Assembly: GCF_001194135.2 (NCBI RefSeq)
Contig: NC_068995.1
Location: forward strand, 17,040,884 to 17,086,418
Direction: 5' to 3'
Source: Octopus bimaculoides
Taxonomy: Eukaryota
DNA length: 45,535 bases
Shown here: positions 1 to 11,690 of the stretch, piece after piece
Numbering within the stretch: position 1 is the stretch's first letter
Layout of the letters: the number at the start of each line of letters is the position of its first letter
Notes under the pieces: generated by a model
Told to the model about the DNA's origin: nothing
The model's database searches: none
What the model saw: only the letters and a program-made list of their open reading frames with translations
Program-made: the position numbers and the translations under genes

Positions 1-727
1 TCTTTTCCATTTTTCAGTTTAGAAACTTCTTTCGAAAAATGAAGGAAGAGAAGAAGGAAAACACCAAACGGAAAAAAAGAAGAAAAGAAAATATAATAAT
101 AATGCTAATAAAAATAACAAAACAAAATAATTTTCAGTCTCTTATTTGAAATAGAATTTTATATTTCAAATAATATTTTGGAGTTGGAAATGAATATGTA
201 GGGGGTGGGGGGAACATTAGCATTTCGTTGGTATCAGACTGTACGTCTGCTTATTTCCAAAGAAATAAAGGTTAAATAACGATTTTTTCTTTTACAAGAT
301 GGGGGTTGAGGTTTGATAAAGTATTTGAAATTTTGTTGTTTATCTAATGTTTTTTTGAATCATTGTTTTAATGATAACGAATAAAGAAGCTACAAAAAAA
401 TACAAAGTAGAAGAAATAAGCATTCAACAACGAGCACACCAAATATAAAGCAATAAAAACAATAAGAGGAGCAGTAATAACAAATATAACAAACTAAGCG
501 GTATTTTAAATCATAATAAAATTTGAGTTTAATGGGAAAGTTTTCGCGAAAGCATCCAGGTCAACAATAATTAAAGAGAAAAAAATTGAAAAGTCTATAT
601 CATAGCCGTTTTATAATGCAATATGAGTACAATGTTTGGGCTGGTGGAAGTGGAAAAAAAAAACTGTAAAGTGCCCGACTAAGCGATTTGTGTTATTTAG
701 TTAACAGCCATTTATGTGCAGGACACT

Positions 728-800
728 AGCATGGCTGAGTGGTTCAGAATATCGCTTCGCAATCATGGGGTCTCGGTGTAGCGATTCCAGATTGCCCTCG
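728..800 (+). repeat. Decayed tRNA-derived SINE head
   Basis: gcatggctgagtggttcaga A-box-like start; rest degenerate. Confidence 0.35.
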
Positions 801-2387
801 CTTCACCTTACCTCCAGGTCACTCGAAATCGATTTCGAATTATTCATTGCACACATATATTTATGCTTTCTTTTGTTTTATCCTTCAAGTAAATCAGTAG
901 TAATGGTTTGTACGTTGTTATCAAATAACAATATCGAAAGTAAGAATCGGATTTGATGCTCAGCTGACACGGGATCGTATCATTTATATTACAAATGATT
1001 CTACGAAGTGAATCAGTTTAATGAGAAGTCCTTAAAACTTATACATTCTCTTTTCAAGGTTTCTTTTATCGAATCGGATGGCACCACCCGCTCCAGATCG
1101 AGTTGCTGTCTAGCAGACTTTAACATATTTTCTGTTATTTTGTTCTAAACCAGTATTTAATGAACTTTCGGCAATCAGGGAGCACGAACATTTAAATTTT
1201 CTTGATTTCGTTTCTTTTTTCCTTGTTCCATTTTTTTTTTTTGCACCAAACTTCTTCACGCTTTCCCACTTTTGTTTATCAGTTCTTCAGGAATTAAGAT
1301 CTCTCATTAACTGGAGCTGAAACATTTTAATAATGAGAGAATTTAAACATTTAAAATATTTTGCAACGATCAGCAGCCTCTTTATATGTAGATATCATGT
1401 ACAGCAATACATCATGATCAACATCCTCATTATAATCGATGTTAAACAGGTATTTTCCATAAATTTTACTTAACGTGTACTTTACGGTAAGAATTGCCAC
1501 ATCATTATTTAGCGGCTCGGTACAATTTCAAACAAATTCTTTAAATTTAATGCATGGATAATATGAATTCAGACTTTTAAAGTATGATTGAGAAATAATA
1601 GACAAACAAATAACTTGAAAAGAAAGTAAATCAACGATATCTAATTAAAAAAAAGTGAAATGGAAGAAACAGAAGACAGGAAAATATTTATAATATACTT
1701 AATTTACTATTTGGTAGTAGATTGTACCTTAAAAAAGTTTCGAATGAGAAAGGAAAATTTGATTCTTCTGCAGTAGAAAGAAAGTAAAACTCGATAAATA
1801 TATGGAAAGAAAAAAAAGGAAAAAGCAGTCTTTTTTCCCCCTTCACTACAAATTGTAGAGAAAATAAGTTTAATAACTAGCTTTGTGTAATTATATGCTA
1901 TCACTATAAGAGGAGAATGCAGTTGTCGAAGTGCGAATAGCGAGTTAGTGGTAGTAGAATAATTGAAGGGTAAGTGGGTAGATGTAAATGGGTAGATTTA
2001 AGTGGATAGATGTATTACATATTTGAGTACGGTCGCAATAATTCTTGTCCACAACTATTTATTTTCTGTTCCTCTGACTGCTCCACTTACCAACAAGCTC
2101 CACAAAATAACTCAAACTCTCTCACGCTCCCTCCCCCCACAGACACACATACATTGATTTACTGAACTATCGACATCTCTACAAAATGATAAGTGAAATG
2201 ACTCCTCTAAACTATAACGTACACTTCTTAACTTATGTGCGTGTGCATTACACAGACAAATACACACACAAACATACACACACAGACAAACACATACACT
2301 CTCTCTCTCTCTCACACACTCACACAAACACCCAATGCACACACACACACACACACACGCCCTCTCGCGCACACACACACACCTGAA

Positions 2388-2575
2388 GGAGCGTGTCCTA
2401 TTGGGTAAGAGTGTTCCTCTCGCGTTCATGAGATCGTAGTTTGAACTGTCAAACTGGCTGTATCTTGTCTCCATGAACAGGACATTTCATTTGACGTTAC
2501 TCAAGTTCACCCAACTGTAAATGAGTAAGCCTGCCACAGACTAGCCTTCCGATCAGGGGCAATGATGGTTTACTC
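2388..2575 (+). mobile_element. tRNA-derived SINE family E (Meta-domain-like core), diverged
   Basis: acatttcatttgacgttactcaagttcacccaactgtaaatgagtaag...acagactagc...cagggg, shared with 35385-35612. Confidence 0.6.
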
Positions 2576-2892
2576 GCTTACATAGTAGTAGGGAATTTAA
2601 AAGTCGTACACATCTCACATTAAACTCTCTGCCAAAACTGACTGTGGTTGAGGTTAGGGTAAATCTGCGCACGGATCTGAAAATCCATGTTATACAGTGA
2701 TGGAGAGAAAGTATATAACTAGAAAAAATAAGGGAATTGAAATAAAAATGTATATGTGTTATTCCATACGTTTAGCGCTGTTTTATAATCTGTGATTTAT
2801 ATCATATCTGTAATATATAACAACGTTATAAAACAACTGTACGCGCATGGAATAAATCTTACGTCACTTCTTTCATTTGTTCTATATATATG

Positions 2893-2926
<34 letters not shown>

Positions 2927-3111
2927 TGTATGTATGATGTATGTATGTATGTATGTATGTGTGTATGTATGTGTGTGTGGGGGGGGGGTGAGCATATAGT
3001 ACATGAAAGTATTAAAAAACACGAAGACTAGATAAAGAACAAGGCGACAGTCAAACTGGAAGGAGTCTTTAATTATTCAAGTATACTCCCTTCTACGGAA
3101 AGGATAAATGA

Positions 3112-3142
<31 letters not shown>

Positions 3143-3146
3143 GAGA

Positions 3147-3184
<38 letters not shown>

Positions 3185-3658
3185 NNNNNNNNNNNNNNNN
3201 NNNNNNNNNNNNNNNNNNNNNNNNNNNNNNNNNNNNNNNNNNNNNNNNNNNNNNNNNNNNNNNNNNNNNNNNNNNNNNNNNNNNNNNNNNNNNNNNNNNN
3301 NNNNNNNNNNNNNNNNNNNNNNNNNNNNNNNNNNNNNNNNNNNNNNNNNNNNNNNNNNNNNNNNNNNNNNNNNNNNNNNNNNNNNNNNNNNNNNNNNNNN
3401 NNNNNNNNNNNNNNNNNNNNNNNNNNNNNNNNNNNNNNNNNNNNNNNNNNNNNNNNNNNNNNNNNNNNNNNNNNNNNNNNNNNNNNNNNNNNNNNNNNNN
3501 NNNNNNNNNNNNNNNNNNNNNNNNNNNNNNNNNNNNNNNNNNNNNNNNNNNNNNNNNNNNNNNNNNNNNNNNNNNNNNNNNNNNNNNNNNNNNNNNNNNN
3601 NNNNNNNNNNNNNNNNNNNNNNNNNNNNNNNNNNNNNNNNNNNNNNNNNNNNNNNNNN

Positions 3659-3701
<43 letters not shown>

Positions 3702-5127
3702 TCACACGTACACACACTCATAAACACGTACACACGCAACATAAGCACATATGGAAGCAGACATTTGCAGGCAGACATACGCACGCACAGAACATGCGTC
3801 GAGAAATATATATTGGGTCGCAAAACAGAGAAGCTATTCTCCATACATTCACCAAAAGTCTTATATTATTCGTTGTCTCTTGTCCTTCTGATAAGATTCT
3901 TTCTCTATGGGAGGTTGGGCCATTTGAACTGATTTCGTTTTAGTATTTGCAAAGTTAGTAATAAGATACTTAAAACAAAATCTGTATCAAAGAGTAGAGA
4001 AAAGCTTTGAGGCTGATATTTGAAGATATACAGAAGGCGCATGGAAAAGTACTCGTGTATTGTTACCTAATTTGGACACACTCTGTTGTTACTTTAGAAA
4101 AATATATATTGCTTCCAGTTATTTAGACCAGTGCTACACTGAACAACATAAATGCATCTAGGTGATGGTTAAATAAATCACTTTAGTTATATATTGTTGT
4201 TTCTGCAGAAACAAAAAAACGGAGACGAAGTGAAAGATTAAAGTGAAAAATATACGCTCGAAATAACTGCAACATTGGGCAGAATTATACGCGTAACAAT
4301 GATTGCTAGAGAAGCCAAAGCGAAAAAAAAAAATAGGGAACTATTTAAACAACTATATGATTCAGCCTCGCAAAGAGGAACGGTAATTTAGATCTGGGGA
4401 TGACTCGAACTCACACTGTTCATGAAATTTCCAAATTTTATAAGCCATTTCCTCCAACGATTTCTCATTTCTACTTTTCATTACCCTTTTGATTAATAGG
4501 TAAAAGAAGAAATCTATATTTGATCCATCAATATATAGAAATGTTCATAATAACATTATATAGAAAGTTATAACGAACAGCCACTGATGCTTTGCAATTC
4601 TAACGCTCAACTGTAAAACTATGATAAATAATTTATATTTCATATTTACATGAGAGAAACATACTAATCAACACCATATGTCAATTGAAAAATCTAAAAT
4701 GGCAGGTTTGATTGTGTACCAGAAAACCAGATAAAATATCGATAGTTTCTCTTCTGTTATGGAATCTACGCACTATCAATTATCAAAAGAAAACGTTCTT
4801 TACATTTCTTAAATAGATGAGAATGACTAGATGATGATGCAAATCACTGAAGCAGTCGAATAGAAATATGTTTTTAGAAGCCAAACTGAAGGCGCAAAAA
4901 GGATTCTATGAAGAAGACGTTACAACTAAGTTTATCGCTATTAAATGATCGTACCTTTTATTTGAAGTGACACATGAAATAATGCAATATTACATTAAAT
5001 AGCGTAGCGTTCCATAAAAGCTGCGAAGCTAAAATAGTTTTCATATTTCTGATGCTCCGTTTGCTTAAGAAATATTCATTTATTTCTTGTTTTTACTCAT
5101 GCTACCCAATCACATAGTTCCCTGTAC

Positions 5128-5345
5128 AATCCCACTGCATGGTCTATTAGAAAGTGCCTTCTACTACAGCCTTGCGAATTGATTTGGTAGACGGAAGCTA
5201 AAAGAAGCCCGTCGTATATATATGTGTATGTATTTTAGTGTGTGTCTTTGTATTTGTCCATCCCCACGGCTTGATTACTGGTATGATTATGTTCCCGTAA
5301 CTTAGCAGCATGGTCGCAGTCTAATGAATGAGACAAATAAAAGAT
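5128..5345 (+). mobile_element. SINE family A fragment with internal deletion
   Basis: gatttggtagacggaagctaaaagaagcccgtcgtatata; cccgtaacttagc; agcatggtcgcagtc. Confidence 0.75.
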
Positions 5346-5433
5346 AACAGATATATAAATATATAAGTCACGATATTTAAGGCTTCCCTTTAACTGAAAA
5401 ACACGTGCACCAGCGTAGGTGCACATGTGTAAA

Positions 5434-5478
5434 ACAGCACCACGTGTGTAACACAGCACCACGTGTGTAACACAGCAC
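5434..5478 (+). repeat. 19-bp tandem repeat (acagcaccacgtgtgtaac, ~2.4 copies)
   Basis: Units start at 5434, 5453 and 5472. Confidence 0.85.
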
Positions 5479-6763
5479 TGGTCTAACACGGCACACTCAC
5501 AGACGCGCACGGGCACGGATACACACACACAATGCATTGAGGAGGCACGAGGCTTAGTTGTTAGGATGTAGGATCAATGATCGTAAAAGCATATTTTCAA
5601 TTCCTAAAACCGAACAAAGTATTGTTTAGACATACATATATATACTGTCATAAAGGTCAGCTGCCCTGCAGATATAAATATCTCTTTGAAAATCAAAGTT
5701 AAAAAGGATATCTATGTATAACAACTTCGAAACCTCCAATTTCTATATCCAGACTATGAATTTATATCCATGGAGCACTAGGTTTAGTTAGTAAATGCTT
5801 AATGGAGAATCTGGATAAATTGTGATTTTCAGAAATAGAATCGACCGGCTAATTCGTACATTGCAAGTGCAGTCTGTGAGTGGAATGGTAAAAATATGCA
5901 AGACTTTTCTCAAGTTCCAAATGTGAATTTGTTTTAACTACTTCCTAAAGATGCAGACTTGTATCTTTGTTGGGAACTGGCTTCCCATTCAGTGGAAGAT
6001 TTATAATAATAAAAAAAATAGAAGAGACATACATACATAGTGAGGTACTTCTGGTACTTCAACTGTAGTAGCAAGTTAAAATCTATACAATTGACAGAGT
6101 GAACACATAATATGTATGTAATACTCGCTTATTTATATCTCATGAAAATGGGAAAATGTCTATCAAAATGGGTTGTGATGTTCACATTTACTTGCAATTG
6201 TNNNNNNNNNNNNNNNNNNNNNNNNNNNNNNNNNNNNNNNNNNNNNNNNNNNNNNNNNNNNNNNNNNNNNNNNNNNNNNNNNNNNNNNNNNNNNNNNNNN
6301 NNNNNNNNNNNNNNNNNNNNNNNNNNNNNNNNNNNNNNNNNNNNNNNNNNNNNNNNNNNNNNNNNNNNNNNNNNNNNNNNNNNNNNNNNNNNNNNNNNNN
6401 NNNNNNNNNNNNNNNNNNNNNNNNNNNNNNNNNNNNNNNNNNNNNNNNNNNNNNNNNNNNNNNNNNNNNNNNNNNNNNNNNNNNNNNNNNNNNNNNNNNN
6501 NNNNNNNNNNNNNNNNNNNNNNNNNNNNNNNNNNNNNNNNNNNNNNNNNNNNNNNNNNNNNNNNNNNNNNNNNNNNNNNNNNNNNNNNNNNNNNNNNNNN
6601 NNNNNNNNNNNNNNNNNNNNNNNNNNNNNNNNNNNNNNNNNNNNNNNNNNNNNNNNNNNNNNNNNNNNNNNNNNNNNNNNNNNNNNNNNNNNNNNNNNNN
6701 NNNNNNNNNNNNNNNNNNNNNNNNNNNNNNNNNNNNNNNNNNNNNNNNNNNNNNNNNNNNNNN

Positions 6764-6798
<35 letters not shown>

Positions 6799-7900
6799 GT
6801 GAATGCTCAAATTTTGTTTAGGAGTTTACACATCTACTTAAATATATCGCTCCATTAACAAATATTCCTTTGATAGAATGAGATTGACTCTATACTTTAT
6901 AAAAATGCAAAGTTACTTGAAATTTCGTGTTCTTCTATCGATATAAATGTTAGAAATCAAAAGCTAAAGTTCAATAAAATTTACTAATTTCTTTATTTGT
7001 TAATCAATAATATGCTAATACTATGCTAATCATGTAGCAATCAGTTATTTGAAATTCATACAATCAGTTTAATTAGATCTTTCATTAGTGTTCCTTGTGT
7101 CTAATACAGATTTTATAGATCTTGTTTTCTTGCAAAATGTCAGCTATTCATAGCAGGGATGAAAAAAAATGTATATATGGGAAGAATATTACTGAAATTA
7201 AGAAAAATACAAACAAATTAGATTATATTTTGGAAAATGTCAGAAAGAATTTTGACCAAACATCAAATACTAAGAAAAATACTTTAATCCGTTAGTGATA
7301 TATACTTTAACATAACAAGGTTAATTTCACCAATTTTGAATCAGAACACTTAGATGTGACATCCCATAATCCTCTGGTGTTTTTTATATGATTTTATGTC
7401 TGCCTTTCTATGTACTTATTTACTTATATTTTCATTCATACAATTCTTTACAGCAGTTCTGTGTTTTTTTCTTCTTCTGCTCTTTATTTGCTAATTCTCA
7501 AAACGTCTGAAACTTTTTATTTTTTCGTTTACTCCAATATGTCAATCTAATAGATTTCCTATTATTTCTTGCAATATTCAACATTATTCTTTCTCAGTAA
7601 CATCTCTCATATTAATAATAAAAAAAAAGACCAGTTCTATTTATTTGGTTTGTTTTTAAAAAATATTACTTCATCTTATGTTTTATGAATGTACATCTCT
7701 CTTTAGTTAGATAGTTAGAGATTTAGTATTTGTTATATTGTTTTTTAAACGTCTTTATTATCAGGCAACTTAATGTAGCCGGCATCTTTTCTGATTTGTT
7801 AAAAGTTTACTGACATAAATCGTGTGCAACTTCAGATATTGTCTCGTCTCAAACAAATAAGCATTTCTAAAATTATTAATATTTCTTCATTGGCACATAC

Positions 7901-7976
7901 CTGACCCATTTCTGAAATAGTCGATTTTGTCGATTTTATTGACTTCTGAGTAGTATAGCTAATTATTTTATCGACT
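7901..7976 (-). CDS. Candidate 76-nt exon (VDKIISYTTQKSIKSTKSTISEMGQ)
   Basis: Acceptor tttttctcttcaag, strong donor CAG|gtatgt. Confidence 0.15.
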
Positions 7977-8451
7977 CTTGAAGAGAAAAACCTATGAAGT
8001 CTTTTTGTGAATTTGGGAAGATTTTAATACTAACACGAAACAAACACAGTTAATATTACACCATATGTACGATTAACCACTAACCATGGCTTTTATTAGT
8101 TTTCATAATACCAGCTATTCTGCTCCATGGAAATAGTTCTGTTCTGAAATGGATATTGAGATAACGTTGACTATGTAGCAACCTTTACAACAGGTGGAAT
8201 AAAACGATTTGATTTTTTGAAACGAACATTACCTGAAGAAATATTTTAACCTGTAATGCATGCGGTATGATTATAATAATCACCTATTGAATAAAACAGA
8301 ACAACGCCATTACAATAAAAAAAAACCTTAGTTTTCGAAGATAAGGTTTGCATGATCGGACATCCATCGATTATGTTTGTAGGCTCAGCGATTGAAGTCT
8401 TTTTCTCGAGTAAACTGTCTATCGCCAAAAAGTCACGACAAAAGCAAAAAA

Positions 8452-8640
8452 GGGTGCAAGAGTGGCTGTGTGCTGAAAAGCTTCCTTCCCAACCACGTGG
8501 TTCTGGGTTGAGTGCTACTGCGTGGCACCCTGGGCAAGTGTCTTCTACTGTAGCCTTGGGCCAAACAAAGCCTTGTGGCTGGATTTGGCAGGCCGAAAAT
8601 GAAAGAAGCCTGCCGCAAATATATATTTATATGTATGTAT
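8452..8640 (+). mobile_element. SINE family A, 5' half
   Basis: gagtggctgtgtg, cccaaccacgtgg, ccctgggcaagtgtcttctactgtagcc. Confidence 0.85.
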
Positions 8641-8647
8641 TTCAATA

Positions 8648-8851
8648 CAGAGCAAATAATTCACGAGAAAAAAATAATCCAGGAAAAAATCATTTGCGAA
8701 GATATCATTGACTGTGTTATTATCTAGTGTAGCAATTTAAAAATGATAATAACACAATCAATAACATAGGCGATTGCAGGCCCAAAGTCTATGGTCTCTT
8801 GGGAAATTATTTTTTGGTAAATTAATTTTTTCTCGTGAATTATTTGCTCCG
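8648..8851. mobile_element. Tc1/mariner-type MITE (204 bp) with TA flanks
   Basis: TA|cagagcaaataattcacgagaaaaaaataat ... attaattttttctcgtgaattatttgctccg|TA: ~31-bp near-perfect TIR with weaker extension to ~60 bp. Confidence 0.8.
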
Positions 8852-9239
8852 TATTAAAATTATTTTCACACTGGTGGCTGCCATGATTTCCGTGCAAAAC
8901 GAATCGGTTGCAGCGCAGACTTCAACACGATAGATTGAGAGCCTCTATCATGGTAACGCGTGCTGAGGAAGCTGAGGCTATTTTTGCCAGTCCAGAAACC
9001 GGTCCACCTGAGTCCAAATATTTGAATGCATGCTGAGAGATTGTCTTAGCCCGTTTGCCTTCGGATGGTTCATTTCTGCAGTTATTATCAGTGTATTTTG
9101 GCGACGTGAATAAGAGTTTTGACTGTTATTTCCAGCAGATAGACATACTTAGCATGTACTTTGATTAATTTAAATCCTTCAGCTATGTATGTGTATGTAT
9201 GTATGTATGTGATATGTATGTATGTATGTTAGTCTTTCT

Positions 9240-9472
9240 TTTTGTGTAAGTGTTTGTATGTGTGTGTGTGTCTTTCTGCGTTTGTCCTCCACTACTGCTT
9301 GACAACTGGTGTTTGTGCGTTTGAGTCCCCGTAATTTTTCGATTCGGCAACTGTGTTAAAGAATAAGTACCAGGGAAAAATATAAAAAATACTGTGGTCG
9401 ATTCATTCGACTAAAAATTCTTTATGGCAGCGCTCCAGAATGGCCGCAATGTTACAACTAACACAAGTGGAG
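9240..9472 (+). mobile_element. SINE family A, 3' half
   Basis: tttgtcctccac..gcttgacaactggtg, ttcggcaa, gaataagtaccagg, gcgctccagaatggccgca. Confidence 0.75.
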
Positions 9473-9941
9473 AATTACAAAGAGCAAAAATGAAAAAGAA
9501 ATGGAAAAACAAACATTTTGCAGAACCCTCTATACAGTTAAAATACATTAATAGAGCGATCAACAAAATCTCATCGTCGTTCCCTCCCTTGTTTCTAGGA
9601 TCGGCTGAATATTAATGTTTATTTGTTGAGTTAGGCAGATGATACGGCTTAAGTTACGTACCTTGGATATAGACAAATCAATACGAACGGCATATATCTC
9701 ATTTTATTAAACTACCCAGATGCAATTTTACCAGTATTATCACAACTGAAATTTGTTTCTGATGATCAAGTTAGTAATATGATTATTTATAACGTAAATC
9801 ATTCATTAGTGGGTGATACGTTCTATTTATTATGAACTAGATAATACTTAATACGATTCTACATTCAAGAGGTGAGTAATTAAGTACATTATTTACTTTA
9901 TTTACATTTGATGGATATTTGTCTTCAACTTGTTTGTTGCT

Positions 9942-9987
9942 AACACAGCGTTTCGGCTGATATACCCTCCAGCCTTCATCAGGTGTT
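9942..9987 (-). ncRNA. Hammerhead-like motif, left arm of copy 1
   Basis: AACAC-CUGAUGA-A-GGCUG..CAGCC-GAAA-CG-CU-GUGUU: perfect 5-bp stem I, but the U before the cleavage site is changed to C. Confidence 0.5.
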
Positions 9988-10044
9988 TTGGGGAAATTTC
10001 CTAAGGTACTTCTTCTTCTTCTTCTTCTTCTTTTTCTTCTTCTT

Positions 10045-10101
<57 letters not shown>

Positions 10102-10263
10102 GTTCAGTAGTTTTATTTTTATAACGTGCTTTATTCTTCTTCTTCTTCTTATTATTATTATTAAATGCCCACGGGCATTTGGCATAGTGGTAATAATAAT
10201 AATAATAATAATAACATCGAAAAATGCTTTAGGAATGAGAACCCAGGTTCGAAATTTCCCCAA

Positions 10264-10309
10264 GACACCTGATGAAGGCTGGAGGGTATATCAGCCGAAA
10301 CGTTGTGCT
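10264..10309 (+). ncRNA. Minimal type-I hammerhead ribozyme-like motif (Penelope-type)
   Basis: GACAC-CUGAUGA-A-GGCUG(gagggtatat)CAGCC-GAAA-CG-UU-GUGCU: core, perfect 5-bp stem II, palindromic ACGU stem III, stem I with one mismatch. Confidence 0.65.
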
Positions 10310-10465
10310 AGCAACAAGCAAGATGATGACAAATATCCGTCAAATGTAAATAATGTAAATAATGTAGATAATACTTGTTGAAAACTTACAAATAGCATGA
10401 ATGGCACCCGCTGTTTGTTTTATATCCTCACCTACTGGAGACATTTAATTTCTCAAATTGAGGAA

Positions 10466-10683
10466 ATATTGACTTCAAATTTTGGCACAAGGGCAGCAAT
10501 TCAGGGAGACGTGGTTAGTCGATTGCACCGACCCTAGTTTCACAGACGACACTTATTTTATTGACCCCGAAATGATGAAACGCAAAGTGAACCTCGGCGG
10601 AGTTTTAACTCAGAACATAAAGACGGACGAAATGTTGCTAAGTATTTTATCCGGCGTGGTAACGAATCTGCCAGCTCGTCGCC
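10466..10683 (-). mobile_element. SINE family B, tail type gctgcccttgtgccaaaatttgaa
   Basis: aacgaatctgccagctcgtcgcc head; gcaaagtgaacctcggcgg core. Confidence 0.85.
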
Positions 10684-10811
10684 TTAACTTGAGGAGATAT
10701 TGCTTTCCTTTTTCCCAGTCTACATCCGTCTACAGTTGTGAATAAGAGATTGAGCCGCCATCTTGTTGGTCAAACTGCTAGAAATCGCAATCAAATGAGA
10801 GCCGACTGCGT

Positions 10812-10875
10812 TATGAAATGGATAAATTGTCCCACGTAGTTAGTAGTGTAGGAAATGTTCGCTTCGTGGCGACGA
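10812..10875 (+). repeat. 64-bp direct repeat, copy 1 (copy 2 at 11691-11754)
   Basis: tatgaaatggataaattgtcccacgtagttagta.t.taggaaatgttcgctt.gtggcgacga, 3 mismatches. Confidence 0.9.
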
Positions 10876-10949
10876 CAATAATGTTAAATATCATAGCTCT
10901 GCTCCATTAAATCCATCAAGGTGTTAAACAAAGACATCAACAATCATAC

Positions 10950-11106
10950 TGTGCGATACTTAAATCAGCGTAAACTATGAAGCAGTTAGTTTTAGGATTG
11001 GCTGATGTTCGCAGCGTAGCTCCAGTATCAGGAAAGGAACTGCTAGCCATTAAGCTTGTTGTGTTCTGTCTTATTAATTGACTAGGCTGCTTGTTTCTCC
11101 AAAAGT
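10950..11106 (-). CDS. Candidate 157-nt exon (FWRNKQPSQLIRQNTTSLMASSSFPDTGATLRTSANPKTNCFIVYADLSIA)
   Basis: Acceptor gttcacacag, donor CA|gtatga, single open frame. Confidence 0.15.
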
Positions 11107-11690
11107 CTGTGTGAACATTCAATAAAAACAACGGCTGGCTATTTCCAAGAAGAAAACAAATATTAGATAACCAAAATTTCACCGCTAAACACTTAAGTTA
11201 ACTAGAAAGTATACAGCTAACGTAATGTCTTATTATTTATAATTTTCACCAATAGAAAAAAAAAAATGAACTCCAGACAGTGTTATAGAGTCATTGACCA
11301 TAACTGCTGTGTTTGAAGAGGTCAACGAATTTTCCTACGTATCCATTAAAAGAACAACATTTTCTGATAGTATACAACGCTGTAAGTATTTATGTTTTTA
11401 TTGTGTCTACAATGGTTGGTAGACAAATACAGTGGTGGCTATCAAGTTTCAAATTCCATTATGCTAAGAGTGACTTCAAACCAAAGACGGACCTTATGCA
11501 TGGTCACTCAGCGTCTTACAAATAGCAGTTAATTTCCCTTCGAATCAGAACTTACTGTACGAAACATTTAAAGGGCTTATTGAACACTGTAGTTGCACGC
11601 ATTTTCATATTTTGTTTCAGACACAGGACTACGGTCATGCTGGGTTACGCCAAACACAAAGACTACACGCGGGAGAACCATCAGCTGAGC

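Larger units (their letters stand above)
9850..10364. mobile_element. Palindromic element 'C', copy with both central tRNA-like heads deleted
   Basis: Left arm is the reverse complement of the right arm. Axis hairpin aaatgccc-ac-gggcattt at 10163-10180. Flanked by the 12-bp direct repeat tagataatactt (9838-9849, 10365-10376). Confidence 0.9.

Noticed and set aside
2652-2659. ggttaggg telomeric unit
   Set aside because: Single unit, expected by chance.
10482-10745. Protein-like 87-aa ORF (similar ORFs at 29072-29362, 38960-39322, 17331-17681)
   Set aside because: Translations of family A/B SINE sequence.
10998-11125. Plus-strand terminal exon (LADVRSVAPVSGKELLAIKLVVFCLIN*) with downstream AATAAA
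   Set aside because: Weak acceptor, AATAAA is common in AT-rich DNA, and it conflicts with an equally weak minus-strand candidate.
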